Positions 8,208 to 17,891 of a stretch of DNA of 64,000 nucleotides are shown here, piece by piece. Positions within the stretch are counted from its first letter, which is position 1. Every line of letters starts with the position of its first letter. The DNA comes from an uncultured Nitrososphaerota archaeon (GTDB taxonomy: Archaea > Thermoproteota > EX4484-205 > JAAOZO01), in contig CAYOYV010000008.1 in the NCBI GenBank assembly GCA_964408285.1, forward strand, positions 1 through 64,000, written 5' to 3'. A model generated the notes under the pieces. The model did no database searches. It was given only the letters and a program-made list of their open reading frames with translations, and was not told where the DNA came from. The translations under genes and the position numbers were made by a program.

Positions 8208-11156
8208 CTAGGCGCCTTGGGCCCTCTTTGACGCCGGTAGAACCTGAACCGTCCTTGTGACCTTGGGCTCGGGCAGGCCTACAGCCAATTCGTGTCTTCC
8301 CCACTTACGAAGCTGCGTGTGGAATCTCATTAGCCTCTCCTCCCTTGGCGAAAGGTCAATCATTTTGGATTCCACTTCCCTGCCGTCAACTAGGAGTCGG
8401 ACATGAGCCCTGTCGGAGACTTGGCTTATGTTCTTCACCCTAATTATAACGGTCGTTCTTTCTCCAGGGTTAAGCTTGATTTTCTCCGGCTTCATTTCGG
8501 CGCAATCGAAATCAGATGTAATCCTACTTTTGACGTTGAATGTCCCACTGAGCCTTATGTCCTGAGAAGAGGACCCGATCATGATTTCAAACTCGCCGGG
8601 TTCGACGGTTCGTCTCATTTCCGCATCTAGCATCGCAAGGTCATCTGGAGTGATGGCGAAGGAGACGGTCTTTTTCTCGCTCGGCTTGAGCGTTAACCGT
8701 TTGAAACCTCGGAGTTCCATGACGGGCCTCGCGACACTTGCCACCACGTCGTGTATGTACAATTGGACGACTTCGTCTCCTTGCCTGCTTCCTACATTTT
8801 GAACGTCTAATTCTATTTTCACGTTTCCACTTTCTTGATCTACCTTAAGACTTAGTCCGCTGTATGTGAATTCTGTGTAGCTTAGGCCATAGCCGAACGG
8901 GAACAACGGAACTCCAGTCATGTCAACGTAGTCGTAGCCCCTGCCCGTAGGCTTGTAGTTGTAGTAGAGTGGAAGTTGCCCAACATATCTTGGCCAAGTG
9001 AATGGCAGTCTTCCTCCGGGGTTGTATTCTCCGAACAAGACCTCAGCAATAGCAGTTCCGCCTTCTTGACCTGGGTACCAAGCTTGGATTATCGCGGGGG
9101 CACTACTCATCCATTCCCCGGTTACAACACTGCCTGTGACTAGAACTACAACAGTTGGAGTGCCGGTTTTGAGTACCTGTTCGACCAACGCCTCTTGCGG
9201 TCCCGGAAGCTCGAGCCTAGCCCTATCCTTGCCCTCCCCCTCAAATACGCCTACAAAAACGACAGCAACATCTGCTCTTCGTGCTAGCTCCGCAGCCTGA
9301 AGAATTTCGGTTGACATCGAGAACGCAAAATCCCAGCTAAGCTCGGCTACGGCATCGACCAGATGCTCATAGTACTCTATCTTAATGTCGTACTCCCTGC
9401 CTCCCTCGAGTGCTATTCTCACAATATCTGAAGTTGCGCCCCTATCATGCCAAGAATCGATTAGGAGTTTGTTGTCGAGCCAGAACCTGACACCATCATC
9501 GGTCGTGAGGTTGATCTCATATGTTCTATTCTGGGGCGGGACAAGCTTTCCCGTCCAACGAACGGAGAAGTTATCAGAGGGAATCCTTGGGTCGGGTGAA
9601 CCGGCTCCCCAGTTAAAATTAACACTTTCGTCAATCCTCACTATGACAGGATCACCGGATAAGCTGATGTTGTCGAAGTACTCTCCTCTAAGGCCGTGTT
9701 CGCCCGGTCTTGCATCTGATGGAACGAGGAATTCCGAGGATATTGGGAAGTGTTTCCCGATTGTAATGGGGCTGCCACTGGCATGATAGATATCGGTGCC
9801 TTGTTTTGCCTTGCTCTTTATGCCTTCAAGTGGCGTAACTCCCCTAAGAGGAACCGTGCTATAACCTCCCAGTTTGAGTTCGTTTGAGAGCGGCCCTAAT
9901 ACGGCAATCGATCTGATCTTGCCTTTGTCAAGCGGAAGCAGCCCTCCTTCGTCCTTAAGCAAAACGATGGCCTCCCTCGCCGCCTGGAGCGCCAAATCAC
10001 TGTGTTCTGTGGACCCGCAGACCTCTTCCGCCTTGTTTGGGTTTACAAATGGCCGATCAAACAATCCTATCAGAAATTTTACCCTTAAGATCCTACGAAC
10101 CGCTTCGTCCAAAACCTCTTGGGGCACAAATCCTTTCCTGATGGCCTCTAGCAAGGGCTCACCGAAGAAATCTGTAATCGGGAGTTCCACATCAAGGCCG
10201 GATTCAAGGGCAACCTTTGCGCCCTCTTCGGGGGTTGCCACGACATGATGCTTGCTGAGGATTCCATTGACCGAACCATAGTCAGATACGACGAAACCCT
10301 CGAAGCTCCACTCGTCTCTCAGCACTTCGACAAGAAGCCACTTATTGCTTGAACACGGTGTACCGTCAATCGAATTATACGCTGCCATCACCGAAAGTGC
10401 TCCGGCCTTTACGCACGCTTTGAAGCCAGGAAAGAATGTCTCTCGGAGTATTCGTTCAGAGAAGTGGATTTCGTTACTGTCCCTTCCGCCATCTCCCACG
10501 AAATTCGCCGCGAAATGCTTGGGTGTAGCTACAACTCCCTTCTCTCGCATGGCTTGGCAGAAGGCAGCTCCCATCATTGAAGTCAAGTATGGATCTTCGG
10601 CGTAACTTTCCTCCGTCCTGCCTCCTCTCACATCCCTTGCAATGTTTACGACAGGAGAAAGACACTGATGAATTCCTCTCGTTACAGTCTCCTCTGCTAT
10701 GACTTGGGAAACCTTGTAGACAAGAGCTGGATCCCACGTTGCCCCGAGACCTATCGCCTGAGGAAAACTCGTTGAGAACTTCGCGACACAACCATGTAGG
10801 CACTCATCATGAACTATAACTGGCACTCCCAGGCGCGTCTTCTCGATTGCTCTCTCTTGAAACTCGTTTCCCTTTATTGCTCCCTCCTTTGCCCCAAGTC
10901 CTCTGCTGATATGAGTCAAGTTCCCTATTCCCGGTTCTGGTATATCGAACCCAGAACCCAACTGACCGACTTTCTCCATCAGATTCATCCTGGAAAGCAG
11001 ATCGTCGACCCTATTTTCGATGGGTAATTTTGGATTCTCGTAAGGATCCATGATGCCATTTTTGTTGAAGTCTATCCAGTCTTCATGGTATATCTCTTGG
11101 TTCACGATCTCTTGGGGAAGGAAGTATTTTGTCTTAATTGGAATCGTCATATCCAA
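8208..11156 (-). CDS. GH3 beta-glucosidase with PA14 insertion, Fn3-like domain and extra C-terminal Ig/CARDB-like domain
   Basis: RLGVP...ECLHG, RGGRTEESYAEDP, KHF, VSDY nucleophile, PA14 (FSVRWTG...DDGVRFW), FPFGYGLSYT. Confidence 0.92.
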   Translation of the reverse strand: MDMTIPIKTKYFLPQEIVNQEIYHEDWIDFNKNGIMDPYENPKLPIENRVDDLLSRMNLMEKVGQLGSGFDIPEPGIGNLTHISRGLGAKEGAIKGNEFQERAIEKTRLGVPVIVHDECLHGCVAKFSTSFPQAIGLGATWDPALVYKVSQVIAEETVTRGIHQCLSPVVNIARDVRGGRTEESYAEDPYLTSMMGAAFCQAMREKGVVATPKHFAANFVGDGGRDSNEIHFSERILRETFFPGFKACVKAGALSVMAAYNSIDGTPCSSNKWLLVEVLRDEWSFEGFVVSDYGSVNGILSKHHVVATPEEGAKVALESGLDVELPITDFFGEPLLEAIRKGFVPQEVLDEAVRRILRVKFLIGLFDRPFVNPNKAEEVCGSTEHSDLALQAAREAIVLLKDEGGLLPLDKGKIRSIAVLGPLSNELKLGGYSTVPLRGVTPLEGIKSKAKQGTDIYHASGSPITIGKHFPISSEFLVPSDARPGEHGLRGEYFDNISLSGDPVIVRIDESVNFNWGAGSPDPRIPSDNFSVRWTGKLVPPQNRTYEINLTTDDGVRFWLDNKLLIDSWHDRGATSDIVRIALEGGREYDIKIEYYEHLVDAVAELSWDFAFSMSTEILQAAELARRADVAVVFVGVFEGEGKDRARLELPGPQEALVEQVLKTGTPTVVVLVTGSVVTGEWMSSAPAIIQAWYPGQEGGTAIAEVLFGEYNPGGRLPFTWPRYVGQLPLYYNYKPTGRGYDYVDMTGVPLFPFGYGLSYTEFTYSGLSLKVDQESGNVKIELDVQNVGSRQGDEVVQLYIHDVVASVARPVMELRGFKRLTLKPSEKKTVSFAITPDDLAMLDAEMRRTVEPGEFEIMIGSSSQDIRLSGTFNVKSRITSDFDCAEMKPEKIKLNPGERTTVIIRVKNISQVSDRAHVRLLVDGREVESKMIDLSPREERLMRFHTQLRKWGRHELAVGLPEPKVTRTVQVLPASKRAQGA

Positions 11157-11294
11157 TTCGGCTTCTGTTCAATATTGGTTTTTAACACTTGCTACGAGGG
11201 TCTCCTCATTCGGTACTTCTCACAGAGTGCAAACAACTGCACTTACACGAGCAATTCACGAATGTATGTTGTGGCGAAGCGCGAACTTCTCTCC

Positions 11295-12572
11295 TTATCC
11301 ACATATTTTTCGAACCGCAACGTCTATGGTGCACACTTCTTGCACCCCGCTCCTCATGTCCTTTATGGTAACGGTCTTGGTCGAAGCCTCCTTATCGCCG
11401 ATTATGATGGCGAACTTGGGTCCCTTCTTAGATGCTTTCTCCATTGTGGACGATAAGGACTTCGCGGGAAATTCGGTTATCACTGGGATTCCCTTTTTTC
11501 TCAATTCGTTACCGACTTCAAAGGCATACTCGTAATTGGCTTCCGTCACAGGGACAAGACTGACGAACGCTTCTTTGTATGCCTCTGGCGCCTCATCCCC
11601 GAGAACTAATCTGTCTACTCCCAACGCAAAACCAATAGCTGGTATGTCTAACCCAAACAACTTACATAGCCCGTCGTATCTTCCTCCGCCGGCCACTGCA
11701 ATTTCCAGTCCCTTAACGTAGATCTCAAAGATCATACCTGTGTAGTATTCCAAACCCCTTGCGAAACCCATGTCGACTACAACACGATTGCCGGTGTTGG
11801 CATGCAAGAAGCCGATGATCTGACGGAAGGCGTCAAAGAGCGGCTCGATCCCATCTATTCCCTTGAGAACCTCTTTGGCCTCATTCACGATGGCTTCTGC
11901 CTCGGAACCCTTTAAGCCGGATAATCTCTCCAACAAGCCAAGAAGCTCGATCTTCTCCTGTTGCCTTAGCTCGGACTTAATCGGATCCCATTCATTCCTA
12001 TCGAGCATCCCAAGCAACATGTCTTGTTTATCTGGAGGAACATCGAAGTGGCTCATCGTCTTTCTTAATATCCCCTCATGTCCGATTTTGACCCTGAAAT
12101 CCTTGAATCCAAGTTGCCTCAGCAAGCGCAAGGCTATCTCCAATATTTCGACTTCAGCTAGCACGCTTCCGGAACCGAATAACTCGAACCCAACCTGCGT
12201 ATGCTCTCTGAACCTTCCTCTCTGTGGTTCATCATATCTGAACATATTCGCGACGTAGGAAAGCCTAGCGGGAAGAGAGATGGCCTTTAGCTTGGTCGCC
12301 ATCAACCTAGCTATGGAGATCGTGCCTTCAGGTCTTAGCACAACATCTCTCCCACTCAGATCCTTAAACCTGAACATGCGATGCTTAATTTCCTCCCCGA
12401 CCTTTAGCTCAATAAGGTTCAAAGGCTCTAACGTTGGGATTTCTACCTCTTCGTAACCATATAGTCTGAAGAGCTCCTTGGCTTTCGAAGTCACTATAGC
12501 CTTCTTACCGAATTCCTCCGGGGTTAGTTCCCTAAATCCCCTTAATGGCTGAATAGATGCATCATCTTTCAT
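11295..12572 (-). CDS. hisS: Histidine--tRNA ligase
   Basis: LRPEGT, FRYDEPQRGRFREHTQ, ARGLEYYTG, GGGRYD, anticodon-binding domain. Confidence 0.96.
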   Translation of the reverse strand: MKDDASIQPLRGFRELTPEEFGKKAIVTSKAKELFRLYGYEEVEIPTLEPLNLIELKVGEEIKHRMFRFKDLSGRDVVLRPEGTISIARLMATKLKAISLPARLSYVANMFRYDEPQRGRFREHTQVGFELFGSGSVLAEVEILEIALRLLRQLGFKDFRVKIGHEGILRKTMSHFDVPPDKQDMLLGMLDRNEWDPIKSELRQQEKIELLGLLERLSGLKGSEAEAIVNEAKEVLKGIDGIEPLFDAFRQIIGFLHANTGNRVVVDMGFARGLEYYTGMIFEIYVKGLEIAVAGGGRYDGLCKLFGLDIPAIGFALGVDRLVLGDEAPEAYKEAFVSLVPVTEANYEYAFEVGNELRKKGIPVITEFPAKSLSSTMEKASKKGPKFAIIIGDKEASTKTVTIKDMRSGVQEVCTIDVAVRKICG

Positions 12573-13420
12573 ATTCTAACACCACCAATCATGAAGGATA
12601 TCATCGCAAACAGCATCCATATCCTTACTAGGTTCTTCTCAAGTCGAAGCTTCGCCTTATCGTTTGTCCTGAAGAGCCTGTAAATGGACGAGAAGAAAAG
12701 GACACAAATTGCCCCTATCATGTAGGGGTAGTAAGTATTTGTCAGACCCAGTGGAATAGGAGCCAGCGCCAAGAGGATAGCGAAGCAGTAAAGCAGTGCG
12801 GCTACTCTCTTAGCCGTCTCCCTGCCATAACTCACAGCTATTGTTCTTGTCCCGCGTGCTGCGTCGCCCTCAATGTCCACTACGCCTTTATGAACTTCCC
12901 TTCCGAGATTTGCAAGAAACGCCATCACCGAGAAAAGGATAAGATAGGTAGGGATATGACCAACCGCTATCAAACCGCCACCTATGAACGATAACCCTAC
13001 CAAAACGCTCACCAGAATGTTGCCCAAGAATCCAATCCTTTTCAGGAAGATGTTGTAGAAAACACTGAGAAAGGCAACAAGGGGAGGGATCGTTATCCAC
13101 CAAACATCGCGCGTTAAGGTTGCAACCACTATAGCAAAGACCAAGAGGACCAAGGAATAATCCATCGCGCCCTTCACTGTGAATCTTCCAGATGGTATGG
13201 GCCGTGTTGGTTCGTTTATCTTATCTATTTCGAGATCTATTATGTCGTTTGTCAGCATTGCAAACGCGGTGAAGATTCCACACGCTACCGAACCGGCAAT
13301 CAATTCCTGTGAAAGCATGACTCTTCCGGTTGAGATGACCGAGCCAACGAATACTCCTAGGCCCATCAAGAACACGTCTGTTGGCCTTACGATCTCAAGG
13401 CATTCCTTTAAGCCAGACAT
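12569..13420 (-). CDS. Digeranylgeranylglyceryl phosphate synthase (UbiA prenyltransferase family)
   Basis: NDIIDLEIDKINEPTRPIPSG; REVHKGVVDIEGD; multiple TM helices. Confidence 0.88.
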   Translation of the reverse strand: MSGLKECLEIVRPTDVFLMGLGVFVGSVISTGRVMLSQELIAGSVACGIFTAFAMLTNDIIDLEIDKINEPTRPIPSGRFTVKGAMDYSLVLLVFAIVVATLTRDVWWITIPPLVAFLSVFYNIFLKRIGFLGNILVSVLVGLSFIGGGLIAVGHIPTYLILFSVMAFLANLGREVHKGVVDIEGDAARGTRTIAVSYGRETAKRVAALLYCFAILLALAPIPLGLTNTYYPYMIGAICVLFFSSIYRLFRTNDKAKLRLEKNLVRIWMLFAMISFMIGGVRI

Positions 13421-13421
13421 A

Positions 13422-13973
13422 TCAAATCAACCTCGATATAGAATAATAGACGACTTCGTTTCTTCTATCAATGACGCCGAGTACCAAAGTCTTTCTGTTG
13501 GACTGGGCTCTTTTCAATATACTAATCAAATCCTCAAACTCTATGGGGGAACCCTCAGACAGTCCAACGACCAAAAAGCTCGGCGTTTCGGTTGGAAAGC
13601 CGCCCTTGTTGTAAACGTTGAAGTCTACACCAAGCCCATAGCCCTCCCTCGCGACGTATCCTCTCGAACGGAGATCCCTCAAAATAAGATACCTGTTCCA
13701 GACGTTTCTGTCTGCCTTGGTTGCCTTCCTGAGTAATTGCTCGAAACCTATCTCGTCCCCCCCTCTAATCCCCACTTTGAGTTTGTTGCTCTCAATCAGG
13801 AACAGTGCCTCAGGAACTGAAAGAACTACCACCTTATCGCCAACTCCATATCCTCGCTCGTTAAGCCATTTTACTTGATTTTCTTCTCTAACCAGGATCT
13901 CATTGGCCCTTAATTTTCCATCTAGGTGGATCGCTTCCTCTTGAGGGCCCTCTGCCTGTTCCATGGCTTTCAT
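13422..13973 (-). CDS. endA: tRNA splicing endonuclease subunit, probably the structural (beta) subunit; start reassigned to 13973
   Basis: LSVPEALFL, RDLRSRGY..REGYGLGVDFNVY, RAQSNRK, VVYY; no His in the expected catalytic position. Confidence 0.85.
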   Translation of the reverse strand: MKAMEQAEGPQEEAIHLDGKLRANEILVREENQVKWLNERGYGVGDKVVVLSVPEALFLIESNKLKVGIRGGDEIGFEQLLRKATKADRNVWNRYLILRDLRSRGYVAREGYGLGVDFNVYNKGGFPTETPSFLVVGLSEGSPIEFEDLISILKRAQSNRKTLVLGVIDRRNEVVYYSISRLI

Positions 13974-14014
13974 GTCTTCCACCGCTTCATCTCTATAAAA
14001 ACGAATGGGGTCAA

Positions 14015-14764
14015 TCAGGGGAGTCGAAGCAATGAATAGTAGGGTATTGACTGTTCCTCTATTATGGCTCTCCATTTATTTCCGACGGAAACCATTGCGA
14101 ATAGGCCAATCACTTTGCCACCGGCCCTTTCTGCCAGTCTAACAAGTGCAGCGATTGTACCGCCAGTTCGAACGACATCGTCGACTATAAGCAAGCGGTC
14201 GTTTCTCCTTATTGCCTTCCTCGGGACGTAGAACGTCCTTACAATTGCCACATCTGTAGGGCTGTATGAATCCTCTATAAAGTCCTCTAAGCCAACTTCT
14301 TTTCTCTCCTTGGCGACCACAAGATCCGCGCCCAGTTCCTCACCAACCAAGCATGCTATTGGAACCCCATCGGCTGCGGCGGTCAAAACCTTGCTCGCGC
14401 CGTACTTCGAGAAATTCTCTGACACCTTAACTGCTACCAATCTAAGAAACGCGGTATCCCAAATCAACGGGGTTACGTCATAATATCCGCCCTTCGATGG
14501 CTTGATCCTTTCTTTAACCAGATCCTCGAATCTTATAGTCTTTTTCAAGGCGCTCAATATCTCCTCGATCCTTTCGTCCGATGGTAACATCCTTCTTCTT
14601 GCATATCTCGATAATACGGACGGAGGAAGGCCCGTCATTTCCGAGAGTTCCCTATGTTTGTATTTCCTCTTCAATAGAGTCAGAAGGTCGATGACCATCA
14701 TCTTTCTCCTCAAAGTCTCAACTTTGTCACTTTGTGCCTCGCTTTTGAGGGGGACTTCAGACAT
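14015..14764 (-). CDS. HTH-phosphoribosyltransferase (PurR-like/APRT-like) protein
   Basis: N-terminal HTH (ELSEMTGLPPSVLSRY) plus PRPP motif IVDDVVRTGGT. Confidence 0.8.
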   Translation of the reverse strand: MSEVPLKSEAQSDKVETLRRKMMVIDLLTLLKRKYKHRELSEMTGLPPSVLSRYARRRMLPSDERIEEILSALKKTIRFEDLVKERIKPSKGGYYDVTPLIWDTAFLRLVAVKVSENFSKYGASKVLTAAADGVPIACLVGEELGADLVVAKERKEVGLEDFIEDSYSPTDVAIVRTFYVPRKAIRRNDRLLIVDDVVRTGGTIAALVRLAERAGGKVIGLFAMVSVGNKWRAIIEEQSIPYYSLLRLP

Positions 14765-14861
14765 GATCAGGAGGTACGCATTTCTGGGCGGTTAAAAACC
14801 ATTTCCGGCTAGAGGTGCAATTACTTTATCTTACTGAGGGCCTGAATCTAGACAAGAGATA

Positions 14862-16952
14862 ATGACAGAGGCCGACCCCCTTCAGAGTCTTTTAGATCCA
14901 AGAACAATAGCCTTGATAGGCGCATCCTCCTCGAAACAGAAAATAGGTGGTTTGATCTGGGAGTACCTGAAGGATTTTGGAGGACTTAAATTCCCGGTGA
15001 ACGTGAAGGGAGAGCCCCTTGACGGGCAAATTCCTTTTAAAAGCATTCTGGAAATTCCAGACGATATAGACCTAGCTATCGTAAGCATTCCGGCATCCTC
15101 CGTTCCTGCCGTTCTGAAGGAGTGCGTTGAAAAGCGAGCAAAAAGCGTCATTGTAATCTCAAGTGGTTTCAGCGAAACAGGCGAAGTTGGAAGAGAGATG
15201 GAGGAACAGATGATGGACATTATCGCCGGGAAGTCGACGCGAGTTCTCGGCCCTAACACTCTTGGTGTGTTCGTTCCAAGAACGAAATTGGATACAATGT
15301 TCGTCGTGAAAGAGCGCTCTAGAAGGCCGCCCGATGGGACGATCGCATATGTTTCGCAGAGCGGGGCTTCGGCCGTGGGCTTCATGGACATGCTCGAGCT
15401 CCACGGCGTTGGCATTTCTGCTTTCATAGGGCTAGGGAACAAAATGGACATCAGCGAGAATGACCTCATAGAGTATTTTGCAGAAGACGAAAGGACAAGA
15501 GTGATCTGTCTTCATCTGGAGGGGTTCAGGGACGGTAGAAAGCTACTGAGGATTTGCGGGAAGGTTTCAAGAAGCAAGCCCGTTGTGATTCTTAAGGCAG
15601 GCCGAACACAGAAGGGCAGCAGGGCGGTCATCCTCCACACGGGAGCATTAGCTGGGCCCGATACTGCCACTTCAGGTGCATTCAAGCAATTCGGCATAAC
15701 TCGTCCTTATGATCTGGTGGAGCTCTTTGACTACTCAAGGATTTTGGCAAATCAGAGACCTCTCACAGGCCCAAACATCGCAGTACTTACTTCAGGTGGT
15801 GGATATGGCGTTATATCTGCGGATTATCTCGAAGACCCGAATTTCGGCGGACTGAAGCTTGCTGAGCTGTCTGAACACAGTAAGTCAGAACTGAGAAAAC
15901 ACCTTCCGGCCTTTGCCTCAGTTGACAATCCTATAGATCTAACCGGAAGCGTCAGGGACGAAATGTTTCATCACGCCTTCAGGATACTGAACGAAGATCC
16001 TGGAGTAGATGGGATTCTGGCGTTTCCTCTCTTCCAGACCCCATTGACGACAGATGCTTTATTTGACATCACTGTGAAGTGGTTCAAGGAGGGACGCAAA
16101 CCCGTCGTGCCATGCATCATAGGAGGAGAATACGTAACGAAAATGGCGAAGAAATTCGAGGCGCTGGGCATCCCCGTCTATCCCTCTATAGGGAGAGCCG
16201 TCCTTGCAATCAGGGTTCTCTATGAGAGGGGGCGCTATCTGAAACGGATGGCTGCGGCGAAGGAGCCTGTGGAAATTGACACAACAACCTTCGGTAGAAT
16301 ACTTGATTACTCTGAAGAGTCGGGAGCAAAGGCAATACCGGAACATCTCACGAAATCGTTCCTGAGCGGGGCCGGAATAAGGGTTCCGAAGGCTGTTACC
16401 GTTAAGACGCTTGAAGACATTAAGGAGCCGCTGGGTATCTCCTTCCCCGTGGCCCTCAAAGTTTCATCGAGCGCGCTTTTTCACAAGACCGAAGTAGGTG
16501 GGGTCATACTGAACATAGGAAACCTTGATGAACTCAGGCGCAACTTGGGGGGCTTCATCACCAAATTCAAGAACGAGACATTCATTGTCGAGGAGATGTG
16601 TGTCTCATCAATTGAAGCCCTAGTCGGGTTGATGGTGGACCCAAACTTTGGGCCCTGCATTACGGTGGGGATCGGGGGGATTTTCACTGAGGTCTACAAC
16701 GACTCCTCAACGAGAGTTGTTCCAATCAGCATTGCTGACGCAGAAGAAATGTTGAGTGATCTCAGAGGCAAGACGCTTTTTGAGAATTACCGAGGCATCA
16801 GGGTAAATAGGGATGCGCTGGTCAGAATCATGATGACTGTATCAAAGATAGGGGAGCGGTTTGGCGACAAGATACATGGCCTAGACCTCAATCCCATAGC
16901 TCTAAGCGAGAGGGATGCCGTCATTCTAGACGCCAAGTTGATTCTTAAGTAG
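14862..16952 (+). CDS. acdAB: Acetate/acyl-CoA ligase (ADP-forming), fused alpha-beta
   Basis: IALIGAS, LGPNTLG, SQSGA, HTGALAG phospho-His, NPIDLTG, HKTEVGGV, LDLNP. Confidence 0.92.
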   Translation: MTEADPLQSLLDPRTIALIGASSSKQKIGGLIWEYLKDFGGLKFPVNVKGEPLDGQIPFKSILEIPDDIDLAIVSIPASSVPAVLKECVEKRAKSVIVISSGFSETGEVGREMEEQMMDIIAGKSTRVLGPNTLGVFVPRTKLDTMFVVKERSRRPPDGTIAYVSQSGASAVGFMDMLELHGVGISAFIGLGNKMDISENDLIEYFAEDERTRVICLHLEGFRDGRKLLRICGKVSRSKPVVILKAGRTQKGSRAVILHTGALAGPDTATSGAFKQFGITRPYDLVELFDYSRILANQRPLTGPNIAVLTSGGGYGVISADYLEDPNFGGLKLAELSEHSKSELRKHLPAFASVDNPIDLTGSVRDEMFHHAFRILNEDPGVDGILAFPLFQTPLTTDALFDITVKWFKEGRKPVVPCIIGGEYVTKMAKKFEALGIPVYPSIGRAVLAIRVLYERGRYLKRMAAAKEPVEIDTTTFGRILDYSEESGAKAIPEHLTKSFLSGAGIRVPKAVTVKTLEDIKEPLGISFPVALKVSSSALFHKTEVGGVILNIGNLDELRRNLGGFITKFKNETFIVEEMCVSSIEALVGLMVDPNFGPCITVGIGGIFTEVYNDSSTRVVPISIADAEEMLSDLRGKTLFENYRGIRVNRDALVRIMMTVSKIGERFGDKIHGLDLNPIALSERDAVILDAKLILK

Positions 16953-17003
16953 GTGAAAAAAAACCTAAGCAAAGCAACGAATAAGTAGCTAAACCGCATT
17001 ATC

Positions 17004-17891
17004 TTGGGCGTGACAAGGATCAGATTCCATGGCCGGGGAGGCCAAGGGATGAAGACATCATCTAGGATCTTAGGAACTACAGCCTTTCTCTCGGGCTTTG
17101 AAGTTCAAGACTTCCCCTTGTATGGTGCGGAAAGAAGAGGAGCACCTATGGTGGCCTGTGTTGCAATATCCAAGGAGAAGATCATGGAAAGAGGATACCT
17201 GAAGAACCCAGATCTTGTTCTTATCTCAGACGATTCGCTGCTATACGATTCCATTACCCTTCCCCTCGCGGGCCTTGGCCCCTCAGGAAAGGCTTTCGTG
17301 AATTCCGCAGTTAACGAAGAAGATCTGATGAACAGATTCAGAGTGAGCATCTCGTCAAGAAACCTGACCCAAATGGCGCTCAGAACTCTGGGAAAACCAG
17401 TACTTAGTGCAGCCATGGCTGGTGTTGCCTCCAAAATGATTGGTCTAAGTGAATCGAAGCTGAAAGAGGCCACCGATTTGGAGCTGAAGGCGCTTGGCCT
17501 AAGTCAGGATCTTGTTATTAAGAACATCGATCTCGCTTCAGAGGCCTACGGCGCAGTGCCTCTCGTCGAAATCGCCACACGAGGCACCCTTCCTTATACA
17601 GCTGTGAATATAATTCAACCGCGTTACGATTCGGCCATATTGGGCACCCCTGTTATCACACAAGCCTCGAATAGTCGCACGAGAAAGACCGGCAATTGGA
17701 GAGTGTTTAGGCCGGAAGTGGATCAAGCAAAATGCACTGGCTGCAGGATCTGCTACTTATCATGCCCAGACAGCGCGATAAGTATTCCGGAGGGCAAACC
17801 AATCGTGGATTACGAGAATTGCAAAGGGTGCCTGATTTGTCTCGAAGAATGCCCGGTCAAAGCGATAAAGGAGGTCATCGAGGCTAGATGA
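17004..17891 (+). CDS. porCD: 2-oxoacid:ferredoxin oxidoreductase gamma subunit fused to delta (2x4Fe-4S) subunit
   Basis: FHGRGGQG, YGAERRGAP; KTGNWRVFRP; CxxCxxCxxxCP twice. Confidence 0.9.
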   Translation: MGVTRIRFHGRGGQGMKTSSRILGTTAFLSGFEVQDFPLYGAERRGAPMVACVAISKEKIMERGYLKNPDLVLISDDSLLYDSITLPLAGLGPSGKAFVNSAVNEEDLMNRFRVSISSRNLTQMALRTLGKPVLSAAMAGVASKMIGLSESKLKEATDLELKALGLSQDLVIKNIDLASEAYGAVPLVEIATRGTLPYTAVNIIQPRYDSAILGTPVITQASNSRTRKTGNWRVFRPEVDQAKCTGCRICYLSCPDSAISIPEGKPIVDYENCKGCLICLEECPVKAIKEVIEAR

